Assembly (NCBI GenBank): GCA_963821045.1
Contig: CAWGCB010000002.1
Span: 327,596 to 391,595, forward strand
Reading direction: 5' to 3'
Length of the DNA: 64,000 bases
From: an uncultured Actinomycetes bacterium
Lineage (GTDB): Bacteria; Actinomycetota; Actinomycetes; S36-B12; UBA10799
Of the stretch, positions 35,686-48,131 are shown one piece after another (the stretch's first letter is position 1; each line of letters begins with the position of its first letter). A program made the translations under genes and the position numbers. The notes under the pieces are model-generated. The model was not told where the DNA came from. It did no database searches and saw only the letters and a program-made list of their open reading frames with translations.

Positions 35686-36711
35686 GTGAGCTCAGCGCAA
35701 GAACAACCGTCTGGTTCCACTCGTAAAGTCGTAGCGATGGTCGGCGCCATCTTCGTCGGTGCGCTGACCGTGCTGCAGTCGAAAATCAACGGTGAGTTAG
35801 GCGCGGAACTCGGAGATGGTTTCTTCGCTGCTTGGATCTCGTTTGGTGTTGGACTAGTAGCGATCGCGGTGATCGTGTTCGCCAACCGTCGTCAGCGTGC
35901 GGCAGTCCACACGTTGCGCCGGGCAGTGCGCCCGCCAAACGGCGAACCTGCGCTATTGCGCCCCTGGTACTTGCTCGGAGGCCTAGGCGGCGCCACATTC
36001 GTAGCTGCGCAAAGTACGACAGTGCAGTACTTGGGAATCGCGATCTTCACGGTCTCTATCGTGGCGGCCCAGAATGCGAACTCGCTGCTCGTCGACCGAG
36101 TCGGGCTCGGTCCAGCGGGGGTGCAGCAGCTGACAGGTCGGCGGATCGTGGCTGCGGTGGTCGCAACCGGAGGCGTTGCGGTTGCTGTCTCTAGTCGAGC
36201 GGGGGGTGACGGGTTCGCTGTTGGTGCCCTACTGTTCGCCCTCTTCGCGGGATCTCTCATCGCCATTCAGCAGGCAATCAACGGTCGGGTTGCCGCGGCT
36301 GCTGGATCGCCGTGGGTCGCCGGTTTGATGAACTTCATTGTCGGCTGGCTCGGCCTGACAGTTGCCGTCGGCCTCTATCAACTGGTGAGTCCGCACTCGT
36401 TCGGCGACACGCAGCTGCCCTGGGAGGCGCCTTGGCTCTACACCGGCGGATTCATCGGAGTCGCCTTCATCGTGGTGGCTGCAGCTGTCGTCCATAGTCT
36501 CGGCGTGCTGTTGTTCGCTCTGTTGTCGATAACCGGACAGATGGCTGGCGCGTTGGCGCTAGATATCTTTGCCGGAGAGCCAGGCCAGCCGGTGAACCTG
36601 CTGCTGATTGTCGGCGTGGTCATCACGGGAGGGGCAGTCGCGCTGGCGACGCTGTCCCGTGGAGCAGCCAAACCGAAGATCCTGGCCCAAGACGAGCCGC
36701 GCGCAGACTGA
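35686..36711 (+). CDS. DMT-superfamily transporter (two YdcZ/DUF606-like halves)
   Basis: Internal duplication Q..ING / W...GG..G; about 10 TM segments. Confidence 0.8.
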   Translation: MSSAQEQPSGSTRKVVAMVGAIFVGALTVLQSKINGELGAELGDGFFAAWISFGVGLVAIAVIVFANRRQRAAVHTLRRAVRPPNGEPALLRPWYLLGGLGGATFVAAQSTTVQYLGIAIFTVSIVAAQNANSLLVDRVGLGPAGVQQLTGRRIVAAVVATGGVAVAVSSRAGGDGFAVGALLFALFAGSLIAIQQAINGRVAAAAGSPWVAGLMNFIVGWLGLTVAVGLYQLVSPHSFGDTQLPWEAPWLYTGGFIGVAFIVVAAAVVHSLGVLLFALLSITGQMAGALALDIFAGEPGQPVNLLLIVGVVITGGAVALATLSRGAAKPKILAQDEPRAD

Positions 36712-36739
36712 CGGATTCCGCACCGGGATAATGGTCGCT

Positions 36740-37597
36740 GTGACGGCAATCATTCTGGACGGAAAAGCGACAGCGGCCGCAATCAAAGCGGAACTGCGAA
36801 CCCAAGTCGATTGGTTACGCGAACAGGGCATCCAGCCGGGTCTGGGCACTGTGTTGGTGGGCGACGACCCCGGGAGCCATTCCTACGTTGCGGGCAAGCA
36901 CCGCGACTGCGAGGAGGTGGGCATCACCTCAATTCGAGTCGACCTGCCCGCGGACACGTCGGTCGCCGAACTGAATGCGCAGATCGACGCGCTCAATGCG
37001 GATCCGGCCTGCACCGGCTACATCGTTCAGTTGCCGTTGCCGCCCGGTATCGATCAGCAAGCAGTCCTCGAGCGGATGGACGCCGACAAGGATGCGGATG
37101 GACTGCACCCCGTGAATCTCGGTCGCCTAGTGCTCGGAGCGGACGGGGCGCTGCCGTGCACTCCGCGGGGCATCGTTGAGCTGCTGAGCCGCTACGGCGT
37201 CGAACTCAATGGCGCCAAGGTGTGCATTATTGGGCGCGGGGTGACCGTGGGACGGCCGCTTGGGCTACTCCTGACGAGGCGAACCGAGAACTCGACTGTG
37301 ACGTTGTGTCACACCGGCACTCGTGATCTCGCTGCCCAGACCCGCTCGGCGGATATCGTTGTGGCTGCTGCCGGAGTGCCTGGACTCATCGCCGCCGACA
37401 TGATCAAGCCAGGGGCAGCCGTTCTCGATGTCGGCATCACCCGGACCCCAGATGGTTTGGTTGGAGACGTGGCTGCAGATGTCGCGCAGGTCGCCGGATT
37501 CCTCGCGCCAATGCCCGGAGGGGTTGGACCGATGACGAGGGCGATGCTGCTCAAGAACGTTGTCGAGTCCGCGACGAGATCAGTGGCAGCTAGCTAG
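36740..37597 (+). CDS. folD: Methylene-THF dehydrogenase/cyclohydrolase
   Basis: [28 protein letters not shown]. Confidence 0.96.
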   Translation: MTAIILDGKATAAAIKAELRTQVDWLREQGIQPGLGTVLVGDDPGSHSYVAGKHRDCEEVGITSIRVDLPADTSVAELNAQIDALNADPACTGYIVQLPLPPGIDQQAVLERMDADKDADGLHPVNLGRLVLGADGALPCTPRGIVELLSRYGVELNGAKVCIIGRGVTVGRPLGLLLTRRTENSTVTLCHTGTRDLAAQTRSADIVVAAAGVPGLIAADMIKPGAAVLDVGITRTPDGLVGDVAADVAQVAGFLAPMPGGVGPMTRAMLLKNVVESATRSVAAS

Positions 37598-37649
37598 CCT
37601 TCGGTAGCGGCGAGCCGACGCAGTGGGTCCGGAATTGCTACCTAAAGCG

Positions 37650-37665
37650 TGTGATCGTTGTCACG
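37650..37665. promoter_or_regulatory. Putative CRP/GlxR-family binding site
   Basis: TGTGA-TCGTTG-TCACG, intergenic, one mismatch to TGTGA-N6-TCACA. Confidence 0.5.
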
Positions 37666-37750
37666 ACACCCTCACATGTGACCAAGCCGTATCGCGCGAT
37701 TGGCGAGATTTGGGGCTACCGTAGCTTTGTGACTGCCTCGCCCGATCCAC

Positions 37751-38257
37751 GTGCGCATGGCGATGAGACCTATCCCGACCCGACTGCTGACCGGCCGCCT
37801 GCTGACCGGCGACGCCACTGCTGACCGGCCGACTGCTGACCTGCCGCCAAACGTCATCCCGCTTCGCGCTGCCGGTATTACCCCGGAGGCTGATAGATCA
37901 AGCGAACTTGCAGGCGCGCCTCAAGACAAGCGCCTAGTCGAGGCTGATCCGGACAATCCAGCACATCAGCCCACACCGATCTTTGGCCGCGCGACGGTCA
38001 ACCTGCCGCAGTGGCCGTTAGTGCTGGTTTTCGCAGCCGTATTCATCTCCCTTGGCGTCGTAGTAGTTGACTCGTTCCGAATCGGCTCCATCATGTTCGG
38101 AGCCTCCATGTTGCTGGCGTTCTTCCTCCGACTAGTGCTTACCGACCGCGAGGCGGGGATGCTGAAGGTCCGATCACGCGTCGTCGACCTTGTCGTGCTC
38201 GGGGCGTTTGCGGCGTCGATGCTACTCGTCTCGCTCGCTGTTCCGGTCCAGGCGTAG
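37751..38257 (+). CDS. DUF3017-type membrane protein (start uncertain)
   Basis: QWP..., RLVL...AGML.VRSR..D motif; follows folD as usual. Confidence 0.75.
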   Translation: MRMAMRPIPTRLLTGRLLTGDATADRPTADLPPNVIPLRAAGITPEADRSSELAGAPQDKRLVEADPDNPAHQPTPIFGRATVNLPQWPLVLVFAAVFISLGVVVVDSFRIGSIMFGASMLLAFFLRLVLTDREAGMLKVRSRVVDLVVLGAFAASMLLVSLAVPVQA

Positions 38258-38382
38258 GTCCAGGGGTAAGTCCGAGGTCAGCACTACTACCCGCCTAGGC
38301 CCCGTGGCTAACCCGGCTGAACATCGGCAGCTTTGAGCAAGTACTTGTGCCCTAACGTCGCCGTTTTTAGGTCATCGGATAG

Positions 38383-39447
<1,065 letters not shown>

Positions 39448-39449
39448 TT

Positions 39450-39512
39450 CGCACATCTAGCCCACGTCTAGCCCGCACGTTTAGCCCGCACATCTAGCCC
39501 GCACGTCTAGCC
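39450..39512. repeat. Tandem repeat, about 5 x 13 bp (CGCACRTYTAGCC)
   Basis: Read directly; second unit 2 bp shorter; starts just after the mdh stop. Confidence 0.9.
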
Positions 39513-39596
39513 GATTGCTCGGACAAGACGCCCGCTGCGTCGGCGAAACCCCAACACTCACCGAGACGTCCAGACCAGCCCCGCAAGGAGATTTCC

Positions 39597-40814
39597 ATGG
39601 CAAAGATCAAGGTCAAGAATCCAGTCGTTGAACTAGATGGCGACGAGATGACGCGCATCATCTGGTCGTTCATTCGCGAACAACTGATCCTGCCGTACTT
39701 GGATATCGATTTGAAGTACTACGACCTCGGGGTAGAGAGTCGTGACGCCTCTGATGACCAGATCACCGTCGATGCGGCAAATGCCATCAAGCAGTACGGC
39801 GTCGGCGTTAAGTGCGCCACCATCACCCCCGACGAGGCGCGGGTGGACGAGTTCGGGCTCAAGGAGATGTGGAAGTCGCCTAACGGCACCATCCGCAACA
39901 TCCTCGGGGGCGTCATCTTCCGTGAGCCGATCATCATCAGCAATATCCCGCGGCTCGTACCTGGTTGGACTAAGCCGATTGTGATCGGGCGTCACGCGTT
40001 CGCCGATCAATACCGCTCCACGAACTTTGTGGTGCCGGGTGAGGGAACGCTGACCATGACGTTCACCCCCAAGGACGGGTCCGAGCCGATGGAGTTCGAC
40101 GTCTTTGACTTCCCAGGCGGCGGTGTGGCCATGGGTATGTACAACCTGGATGACTCGATTCGTGACTTCGCTCGTGCCTCGCTTCGCTACGGCTTGAACC
40201 GCGACTATCCGGTGTACCTGTCGACTAAGAACACGATCTTGAAGGCCTACGACGGCCGGTTCAAGGATCTGTTCCAAGAGGTCTACGACAACGAGTTCAA
40301 AGATGAGTTCGAGGCCGCCGGTCTCACGTACGAGCACCGACTGATCGACGATATGGTCGCCGCCGCGATGAAGTGGGAGGGTGGCTACGTTTGGGCGTGC
40401 AAGAACTATGACGGAGATGTCCAGTCGGACACCGTCGCACAGGGTTTCGGCTCGCTTGGGTTGATGACCTCAGTGTTGATGACTCCGGACGGCCAGACCG
40501 TCGAGGCCGAGGCCGCTCACGGAACAGTGACCCGTCACTACCGCGAGCACCAGAAGGGGAACCCGACATCCACTAACCCGATCGCATCGATCTTCGCCTG
40601 GACTCAAGGTCTGTCACACCGCGGCCGGATGGACGAGACCCCTGAGGTGACGCAGTTCGCGCAGACCCTCGAGCAGGTCTGTGTGGAGACCGTCGAGTCG
40701 GGGAAAATGACCAAGGACCTCGCGCTCCTCGTCGGCCCTGATCAGCCGTACCTCACGACCCAAGAGTTCCTTGCTGCTATCGATGAGAACCTGCAGGCGG
40801 CACTGTCCTCCTAG
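39597..40814 (+). CDS. icd: NADP-dependent isocitrate dehydrogenase
   Basis: [46 protein letters not shown]. Confidence 0.97.
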   Translation: MAKIKVKNPVVELDGDEMTRIIWSFIREQLILPYLDIDLKYYDLGVESRDASDDQITVDAANAIKQYGVGVKCATITPDEARVDEFGLKEMWKSPNGTIRNILGGVIFREPIIISNIPRLVPGWTKPIVIGRHAFADQYRSTNFVVPGEGTLTMTFTPKDGSEPMEFDVFDFPGGGVAMGMYNLDDSIRDFARASLRYGLNRDYPVYLSTKNTILKAYDGRFKDLFQEVYDNEFKDEFEAAGLTYEHRLIDDMVAAAMKWEGGYVWACKNYDGDVQSDTVAQGFGSLGLMTSVLMTPDGQTVEAEAAHGTVTRHYREHQKGNPTSTNPIASIFAWTQGLSHRGRMDETPEVTQFAQTLEQVCVETVESGKMTKDLALLVGPDQPYLTTQEFLAAIDENLQAALSS

Positions 40815-40861
40815 CCTGGCCGCGTGCGCTTGGGCTAGGACTGGAACGGGTTTCGCTCGGG

Positions 40862-41357
40862 CTAAGAGGGGTAGTTCCGGATTAGGGTCTGGTACACCGC
40901 AACCTCTGAGCCTTGGCGATCAACGATCACTTGCATCGTCTCGGAACCGTTTGTCCACAACGTGACGGTTCCCGCGCTACCGCCGCCGAAGGTGTTGCCT
41001 TTGGTCCAGCCCCCGTCCTTGTAGCCCGAGTTGAGTTGACGTTCGATTGCGGCTGGGTCACCGTCGCCAACCCACGAAGCTGAGATTCCGGTCGGGCTGT
41101 TCTGCGCCCCGGTCAGTTTGAGACCACTCGGTTGTGGAGCAGACTTTGGCCAATCCGAGGGAAGCGCCGAAGCTGACGGTGAACGCCGAGGCTGACGGGG
41201 AGCTAGCGGCTGAACTAGGCGAGGAGTTGCTTGTCGTCGCATCGTTTGAGGACTGCGAGTTTGCGCAACCAGCGAGCCCGAGCGCGATCCCAGCGAAGAG
41301 GATCCCGACTGCCGCGACAACCGTCTACCTGAACCTAGCGGTAGCAAGCATTGGCAC
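40862..41357 (-). CDS. Putative lipoprotein (frameshifted; start uncertain)
   Basis: Alternative frame gives signal 'VVAAVGILFAGIALGLAGC' and a Ser-rich linker, then LPSDWP...P domain. Confidence 0.6.
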
Positions 41358-41360
41358 CGC

Positions 41361-41831
41361 TCACTGACTCTGTGCCGAGGTGATCGTGACGTTCATGGTG
41401 GTGCGTTGACCATCCCAGCCGGACACGACATTCACCTGACTGTCGCCTTTTGTCCAGATGCTCAGGCCACCGACGCCCTGCTCACCAAAGGAGGAGTCCT
41501 GCTTGTATCCAGCCGACTCCAGAGCCGCCTCGTACTGCGCTAGCGCAGCATCGGCGGACTCTGATCCAGCGAACGTTGCGGTGATCGCGTTGTCGATCTG
41601 CGCGCCGCTTAGGTAGTCGAATCCGACCGGGATAGGTACTGCAGTCGGCCAGTAGGAGGGCAGATCGCCGCCGATCGAAACGCTTCCCTCATCGGAACTG
41701 AACGTCGCCTCAGGGACGTCTTCGGTTCCCGTCGTGACGGATGTCGAGCAGCCCGAAACGAGTAATGCGGTACTCATCGCCAGTGCGGAGCCGACCATCA
41801 CGAACTTCTTATTGACCCTCATCAAAATCAC
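41361..41831 (-). CDS. Putative lipoprotein
   Basis: Lipobox VSGC; LPSYWP.AVP.P domain. Confidence 0.75.
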   Translation of the reverse strand: MILMRVNKKFVMVGSALAMSTALLVSGCSTSVTTGTEDVPEATFSSDEGSVSIGGDLPSYWPTAVPIPVGFDYLSGAQIDNAITATFAGSESADAALAQYEAALESAGYKQDSSFGEQGVGGLSIWTKGDSQVNVVSGWDGQRTTMNVTITSAQSQ

Positions 41832-44341
41832 CTCGGATTAGCGTGCCAAATTCGATCCAGGTAGTCCTGGATCGAGCGATCAGAAGAGAAGTACCCCGAC
41901 CGTGCCACGTTGAGAATGGCACGACGATTCCACTCTTCTTGATCCAGATAGAGCCTATCGACCTCTTTCTGGGTGTCAATGTAGGCGCGGTAGTCCGCTA
42001 GCACCATGAACGGATCGTCGTCGAGCAATCGTGCGAGCACCGACTCACCAGCGCGGCGCACCTCCTCGCCCAAGCCACCGGTCAGCACGAGGTCAATCGC
42101 CGCGCGCAGTTGCGGATCTGCCTCGTAGTACTTCCTTGGCTGGTAGCCAAGTTCGGCCAGTTCGGTGACCTCGTCAACGTCGAGACCGAACAGGAAGAAG
42201 TTTTCTGAACCGACTAGATCTCGAATCTCGACATTCGCGCCGTCGAGTGTGCCAATCGTCAGCGCTCCGTTGAGGGTGAACTTCATGTTCCCCGTACCAG
42301 ACGCTTCCTTGCCGGCCATCGAGATCTGCTCCGAAAGTTCGGCGGCGGGGACGATGACCTCATTGAGGATGACGTTGTAGTTCGCTGGGAACGCGATCGT
42401 TAGTTTTTCTCCGATCGCAGGGTCTTCGTCGATTGCCCGGGCGACGCTCAGGATGAGGTTGATGATCTCCTTTGCCATCCAGTATCCCGGTGCGGCCTTG
42501 GCTCCAAAGATCACCGTACGCGGCACCACCGCAGCGTCCGGGTCGTTCTTTATGTCTTGGTACGCAGTCACTACATGCAGCAGTTTGAGGACTTGGCGCT
42601 TGTACTCATGTAGTCGTTTCACCATCACGTCGTACATGGTGTCCGGCGAGATGAGAATCCCATCTCGCCTCTGTAGCGACTGCGCGAGGCGAATCTTGTT
42701 GTCGTACTTGATGGCGGCGAACCGCTCACGAAAGGACGGATCTTCAGCGTACGGTTCGAGGCCCTTAAGCCGGTCGAGGTCGGTCAACCAGCCGTCCCCG
42801 ATTGCTTCGGTAATCAGTTTGGACAGACCCGGGTTGGCGATTCGCATGAATCGGCGAGGAGTGATTCCATTGGTGACATTCGTGAACTTGTCCGGCTCGA
42901 AGGCAGAGAAGTCACTCAGCACGCGGTCACGCAGTAGTTGACTGTGCAACTCAGCCACACCGTTAACTTTGCTCGAGCCGACGACGGCTAGGTGGGCCAT
43001 TCGAATCCCGCGGAACGGCTCCTCCTGGATCAGCGACATGCGAGCTAGCAGTGCGTCGTCGCCTGGGTGGGATTTGGCGACCTCGGCCAGGAACCAGTCG
43101 TTAATTTCGTAGATCAGTTCCATATGGCGTGGCAGCAGGCGGGTTAGCAGGTCAACCGACCAAACCTCAAGCGCCTCGGGGAGCAGAGTGTGGCAGGTGT
43201 ACGCGAAGCATTGGCGGGTGATGTCCCAGGCGTCCAACCACGGCAGTTTGTACTGATCAACCAGAATTCGCATCAACTCGGGAATGCTGATGACGGGATG
43301 GGTGTCGTTGAGTTGGAAGATCACCCGAGCGGGCAGTTGACGAATATCAAAGTCACGAGGTGTTCCGTTGCGAATGAAGTCGCCGAGCGACGCCGCGCAG
43401 AAGAAGTACTGCTGGGAAAGGCGCAGTTCCTTGCCGCTTTCAGTCGAGTCTTCTGGATACAGCACCTTGGAGAGCGCGCCGGCCTGCACTTGAGATCTAA
43501 CGGCCGCCCCGTAGTCGCCTGCGTTGAAGATCTCGAGATCGAACTCGTCCGGCGACGTGGCTGACCACAGACGCAACGTGTTGACAGCTCCCTCGCCGTA
43601 GCCGGGAACCAAGTAGTTGTAGGGGACAGCCGATACGTGGCGATCTGGAACCCACACGCGAGCAAGTCGGCGGTCCGGGTCGTCGGCCGACTTCACGTAG
43701 CCCCCGAACCCAATGGTCTGGGCCATCTCAGGGTGAGTGAACTCCCACGGGTTACCCATGGCGAGCCACTTGTCCGGCACCTCCACCTGACGATCATCGA
43801 CGAACGTCTGGCGGAAGATCCCATATTCGTAGCGGATTCCGTAGCCGATGGCCGGGATCTGCATCGTTGCCAGTGAGTCGATGTAGCAGGCCGCGAGACG
43901 TCCGAGACCGCCGTTTCCTAGTCCCGGTTCATGTTCAGCTTCGGCGATGGTGTCAAGGTCGAGGTTCAACAGCGCGAGCCCCTCGCGCACCGGCTCTTCT
44001 AGATCACGAGCCACGAGTGCGTTGATGAGTTGGGGTCCGAGCAGATACTCGGCAGACAGGTACGCCACTACCTTGGGCATCTCGGTGACATGGGTGGACA
44101 TCCGCGCCATCCAGGAGTCCATCAAGTAGCGACGGACGAGTCGGGCAAGTGCTTGGTACTTGTCGTTCGCGGTGGCCCGGCGCAGATCGATCCCTTGGCT
44201 GTGGGTCAGCTCATCCATGAAGCCATCAGCGATATCGCGCGCCGTCGGCTTCGGGAGTGTCGGGGAGTAGTCATCGATCGTCACGTAGAGCCTGACCTTC
44301 TGTTGTTGACTGGTTATCCGCGCTAGTGCAGTACCTGCCAC
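41828..44341 (-). CDS. glgP: Glycogen/alpha-glucan phosphorylase
   Basis: GLGNGGLGRLAAC, QLNDTHP, NGVAELH, KRLHEYKRQ, EASGTGNMK (PLP lysine). Confidence 0.96.
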   Translation of the reverse strand: MAGTALARITSQQQKVRLYVTIDDYSPTLPKPTARDIADGFMDELTHSQGIDLRRATANDKYQALARLVRRYLMDSWMARMSTHVTEMPKVVAYLSAEYLLGPQLINALVARDLEEPVREGLALLNLDLDTIAEAEHEPGLGNGGLGRLAACYIDSLATMQIPAIGYGIRYEYGIFRQTFVDDRQVEVPDKWLAMGNPWEFTHPEMAQTIGFGGYVKSADDPDRRLARVWVPDRHVSAVPYNYLVPGYGEGAVNTLRLWSATSPDEFDLEIFNAGDYGAAVRSQVQAGALSKVLYPEDSTESGKELRLSQQYFFCAASLGDFIRNGTPRDFDIRQLPARVIFQLNDTHPVISIPELMRILVDQYKLPWLDAWDITRQCFAYTCHTLLPEALEVWSVDLLTRLLPRHMELIYEINDWFLAEVAKSHPGDDALLARMSLIQEEPFRGIRMAHLAVVGSSKVNGVAELHSQLLRDRVLSDFSAFEPDKFTNVTNGITPRRFMRIANPGLSKLITEAIGDGWLTDLDRLKGLEPYAEDPSFRERFAAIKYDNKIRLAQSLQRRDGILISPDTMYDVMVKRLHEYKRQVLKLLHVVTAYQDIKNDPDAAVVPRTVIFGAKAAPGYWMAKEIINLILSVARAIDEDPAIGEKLTIAFPANYNVILNEVIVPAAELSEQISMAGKEASGTGNMKFTLNGALTIGTLDGANVEIRDLVGSENFFLFGLDVDEVTELAELGYQPRKYYEADPQLRAAIDLVLTGGLGEEVRRAGESVLARLLDDDPFMVLADYRAYIDTQKEVDRLYLDQEEWNRRAILNVARSGYFSSDRSIQDYLDRIWHANPR

Positions 44342-44466
44342 AGTCTGCCGTCATGTGCGTCAGATCGCATTCCGGAGCTACCCGGATATCTGAGGAACTT
44401 CTCACTAAGCGCTGACGTGGGCTGAGACTTGGACGGTTTTGGTGCTGCGGTCGGTGCTAACCGGTG

Positions 44467-45532
44467 CTAGCGCTGAAGCGTGATGACATTGCGGGTCTTG
44501 GAAGATTCGAGCGCCGCCTCGATGATTTCCAGAGCAGCGAGTGACTCTCGTGGATTGACGGGGGCGGGTCCACCAGTTCGAACGGCCATCTCTAGTTCGG
44601 AGTAGAAGGTGGGGTACGAGCCAGGCAGAGTCGGGTAGGGCTCGCCGACCCCGTCGAGCCCAGTCAGCACGCCCCAACCCTCTGGCGAAACCTCACCCCA
44701 GCCCGGCCCTGGAACCTGATCAGCGCGCAGTGCAGCCTCTTGGGGGTCCAGGCCGTAGCTGACGTAGGCGCCGTGGGTGCCCAACACCCTAAAACGAGGA
44801 CCCAAGTCTGCTGCTGTGGCACTGGCGTAGAGGTGGCTTCGGACGTTGTTGTGATGGGTCAGAGCGATGAATACGTCGTCGTCAGCGGTCGCCCCCGCAC
44901 GAGTTGTGTCGACCTCGGCGTAGACCTCGACGGCAGGACCGAAGAGTTGCAAGGCTTGATCGATGATGTGCGGACCAAGGTCGAAGGTTAGGCCGCCGCC
45001 CTGCGCGCGCCCACCACTCTCGCGCCACCCACCTTTCAGTGTTGGACGCCACCGCTCGAAGCGCGACTCGAACCTCGCCACTCGCCCAAGTCTGCCGGCC
45101 TTCGACTAAAGCGGCGACCGTGCGGAAGTCGCCATCCCAGCGACGGTTCTGGAACACCGTGAGCAACACATCTGCTCGCTCGGCGGCTGTGATGAGGTTC
45201 CTGGCCTGCGCGGAGTCCACAGCTAGAGGTTTGTCGACGACCACGGCAATGCCTGCGTCGATGGCTTCGTGTGCGAGCGGAGCGTGGCTGTCGTTGGGCG
45301 TGGTGATGACGGCAATGTCGGTCCTACCCGCCGCCCACAAGTCTGCTGCGGTTGCGTAGATCTCGACACCCGGATAGTGGGTGGTGGCTTGCTCGATTCG
45401 ATCGCTATTTGTTGAGACGATCCCGGCGAGATTCAGACCTGGAGTAGCTGCAATGAGCGGAGCGTGGAAGACCGACCCTGCGAGCCCGTAGCCGACGATT
45501 GCGACGCGCAGGTCAGATGCCTGAGATGCCAT
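44467..45532 (-). CDS. Gfo/Idh/MocA-family oxidoreductase (frameshift near 45085)
   Basis: VGYGLAG..FH, VDKP, QNRRWD.DF, DLGPH.ID. Confidence 0.9.
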
Positions 45533-45536
45533 GGCG

Positions 45537-46826
45537 TTAGCTAACCATGAGGTCGGCGATGACGGCGGCCGCAGACCGGCGACCACTTACGAGAGCTCCC
45601 TGGATGCTCGGGGTATCGCGGTGGTCGCCAGCAACGTAGCGCCCGGCTCCCAGCCGCACATCTGCGCGTAAGTCCAGTGGTGCAGGTTTGGCGGGCAGGG
45701 CATTTGGGATGACGAACTTGGCGACTTGCCGCCAGTCTTCCGGCGATACTTCGTGAAGCAATCCTGCGTGCTTCCTCGCGTGCTCGTCGTCTTCTTTGCT
45801 TTCGTGGCTGCCAAGCGCACTGCTGGAAATCAGTACCTGCCCGGGCGGTGCGTAGCTAGGAGCAGCTGTCGAGATCGCGACTGAGTTCACGAGCAGGCCA
45901 CGGTGGGAACCGTCAACGACGATTGCGCCGCGGCCCTGCGTGAAGGCCTCTCGTGGCTGCGAAGTTGCGTGGTACCAAGTCGTCACTGCGTTCATTCTGG
46001 GCCGCGCGAACCCGGGAACAAGACTGCTGACGCTAGTTGGGTCGACTGCCACGATGGCAGCTCGGGAGGTGACTCGTCCTTGGCTGGTCTCGACGACGAT
46101 GGCACCGGCTTCCCCACTGAGCTTTGTGACCGGGCAATCGGTGATGACCGATTCGCGAGGCAGGCGTTGTGCGAGTTGGCGTGGTAGTGCCGCCATACCT
46201 GTCGCCGGCACGCTCGGCGTGCCGCGTACGAACGAACGCAACACAAGATCCAGGAAACGCCGTGAGGTTGTCAGGTCAGCTTCCAAAAAGACACCTGACA
46301 AGAACGGTCCGACGAAGCCATCGATGAACCGCTCGCTGACGCCAGCATCGCGCAGCGCCCGGTAGGTACTGATGTCTGGACGGTCGCGCAGCTGCGACGG
46401 GCTGCTGCGCGCACACGTCGTTGCGTACCACGCGAAGCGCAGTTTGGAGCGCACGGATCCGATACGCGACGTTGCACCGCTGATAGCAGCCGTCGGCACA
46501 CCGCGCGGATCAGCTAGCAGCCACCTCCCCTTAGACGTGCTGACGTATGCGCCGCGGGTGAACGCTCGAAGATCGAGTGCCTGGTAGTCGAAGACGGCCC
46601 GACCCGCTGGATAGGAAGGGTTGTAGAGCTGGAAACCGTGGTCCAAGCGGAACCCGTCAGCAACCGTGGTCGCAACCCGCCCACCGACGTGTTGGCGAGC
46701 CTCCAAGACGAGTGGCCGAAGCCCAGCGGCCTGGAGATCGAGGCTGGCATTGAGTCCCGCCAGTCCGGCGCCGATGACGACGACATCAGCAGAGTCTGGG
46801 AGTTCAGATGGCGACATGGAATCCAC
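45537..46826 (-). CDS. Flavin-dependent oxidoreductase (amine oxidase family)
   Basis: IGAGLAGL, GGRV, LD.GFQ, AGD...SIQGA..SG. Confidence 0.88.
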   Translation of the reverse strand: MDSMSPSELPDSADVVVIGAGLAGLNASLDLQAAGLRPLVLEARQHVGGRVATTVADGFRLDHGFQLYNPSYPAGRAVFDYQALDLRAFTRGAYVSTSKGRWLLADPRGVPTAAISGATSRIGSVRSKLRFAWYATTCARSSPSQLRDRPDISTYRALRDAGVSERFIDGFVGPFLSGVFLEADLTTSRRFLDLVLRSFVRGTPSVPATGMAALPRQLAQRLPRESVITDCPVTKLSGEAGAIVVETSQGRVTSRAAIVAVDPTSVSSLVPGFARPRMNAVTTWYHATSQPREAFTQGRGAIVVDGSHRGLLVNSVAISTAAPSYAPPGQVLISSSALGSHESKEDDEHARKHAGLLHEVSPEDWRQVAKFVIPNALPAKPAPLDLRADVRLGAGRYVAGDHRDTPSIQGALVSGRRSAAAVIADLMVS

Positions 46827-46885
46827 TTGAGCGAGACTACCCAGAACGGGCGTCTGACCGGACCTTTAGGAAGGAGCATTCGCTA

Positions 46886-48122
46886 GTGCCCACCGCGATG
46901 CGCTTACCTGAAGTGCGCAGAGTCATCGTGGCGAAAGGCCATTTCGTCGGCGGGCAGTTGGGTCCAGATCACCGCCGCCGGGTGGTACGTCTTAGATCAA
47001 ACAGGCAGTGCGACTAGCGTCGGGGTGTTGGCTGCGCTGGCATTCGCTCCAGCAGTTGTGGGTGCACCGGTAGGTGGATATCTGGCTGATCGATACGACC
47101 TTCGGCGGATGTACGTCGCATTGACTCTGCTGCAGGCGATCCCGGCATTCTTGATCTCAATCCTCCTCTGGGATGGCGGCATCCCAATCCCATTGCTCTT
47201 CGCATTGGTATTTCTTGGGGCGATCCCAGGGGCGCTCGTTACCACCACACAGGCCAAACTTCTGCTGGCGGTGTGCCCGAAATCCAACAGGTCCGCGGCT
47301 ATCGCCGATGGAGCGGTCGCGTACAACGTCTCGCGATTAGTCGGGCCGCTGCTCGGCAGTGCGCTGACGGCCACAATCGGGCCGGGCGGCGCGTTCCTCG
47401 TCAACGGACTGTCCTACCTTTACGCGGCCTGGGTCGCCCAGCGGGCGAAACTGCGCTACCTCGCGGAGGTGGTGGCCGACAAGAAGGCGGTTGCGACTAG
47501 CTACCTCAGCGACGTCAAGCGTGGAATGGCGATCTCCGCAGCTCGGGTCGCCATTCTGGCGGGAATGCTGTTCTTTGGCCTGGTCGCGCCGATTCAGCAA
47601 CTGATGCCGTCGTTGGCACGGACTCATGGGGCATCACCGTTCTTCATCGGCATTCTGCTGTCGTGTTTGGCGCTCGGCGGAATCAGTGCCAACCCGATCA
47701 TTCGACGGATGCTGGCCGATGCCGGACGGAACTCGCAACTGATCGATCTTGGCCTCGTCATTGCGGGGCCCGCCCTGCTGCTGCTTGGGCTGTCGGGGAG
47801 CCTGCTATCGGACTTCGCTCTCTTGTTCGTCGTGGGTATGGGATGGGAGTGCGTGTGGGTCGCGTCCCAGTCCACGATCCAGCTCGGGATACCCAAGGAC
47901 GTGTCGGGTCGGATACTGGGACTCTTTTACAGCGTGGTCACACTCGGGACCGCCGCCGGTTCAATCGTGGTGGGCATGCTGATCGATGCGCTGGGAGTGC
48001 GAACGTCGTTGGCCTTCCTCGGGTTGCTGGTGTCCATTTTTGGGCTAATTAGTTTGGTGCGTATCCGGCGGGCAACGAAAAGGCCGGAACAGGACCACGC
48101 GGCCCAGGCAGACACCAAGTAA
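46886..48122 (+). CDS. MFS transporter (frameshift(s) near 46930-47020)
   Basis: GG.LADR.D.RR motif A, multiple TM segments; AAGGAG RBS at 46871. Confidence 0.85.
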
Positions 48123-48131
48123 GTTGGGACT

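Noticed and set aside
39450-39512. Mini-CRISPR
   Set aside because: 13-bp units are contiguous with no unique spacers.
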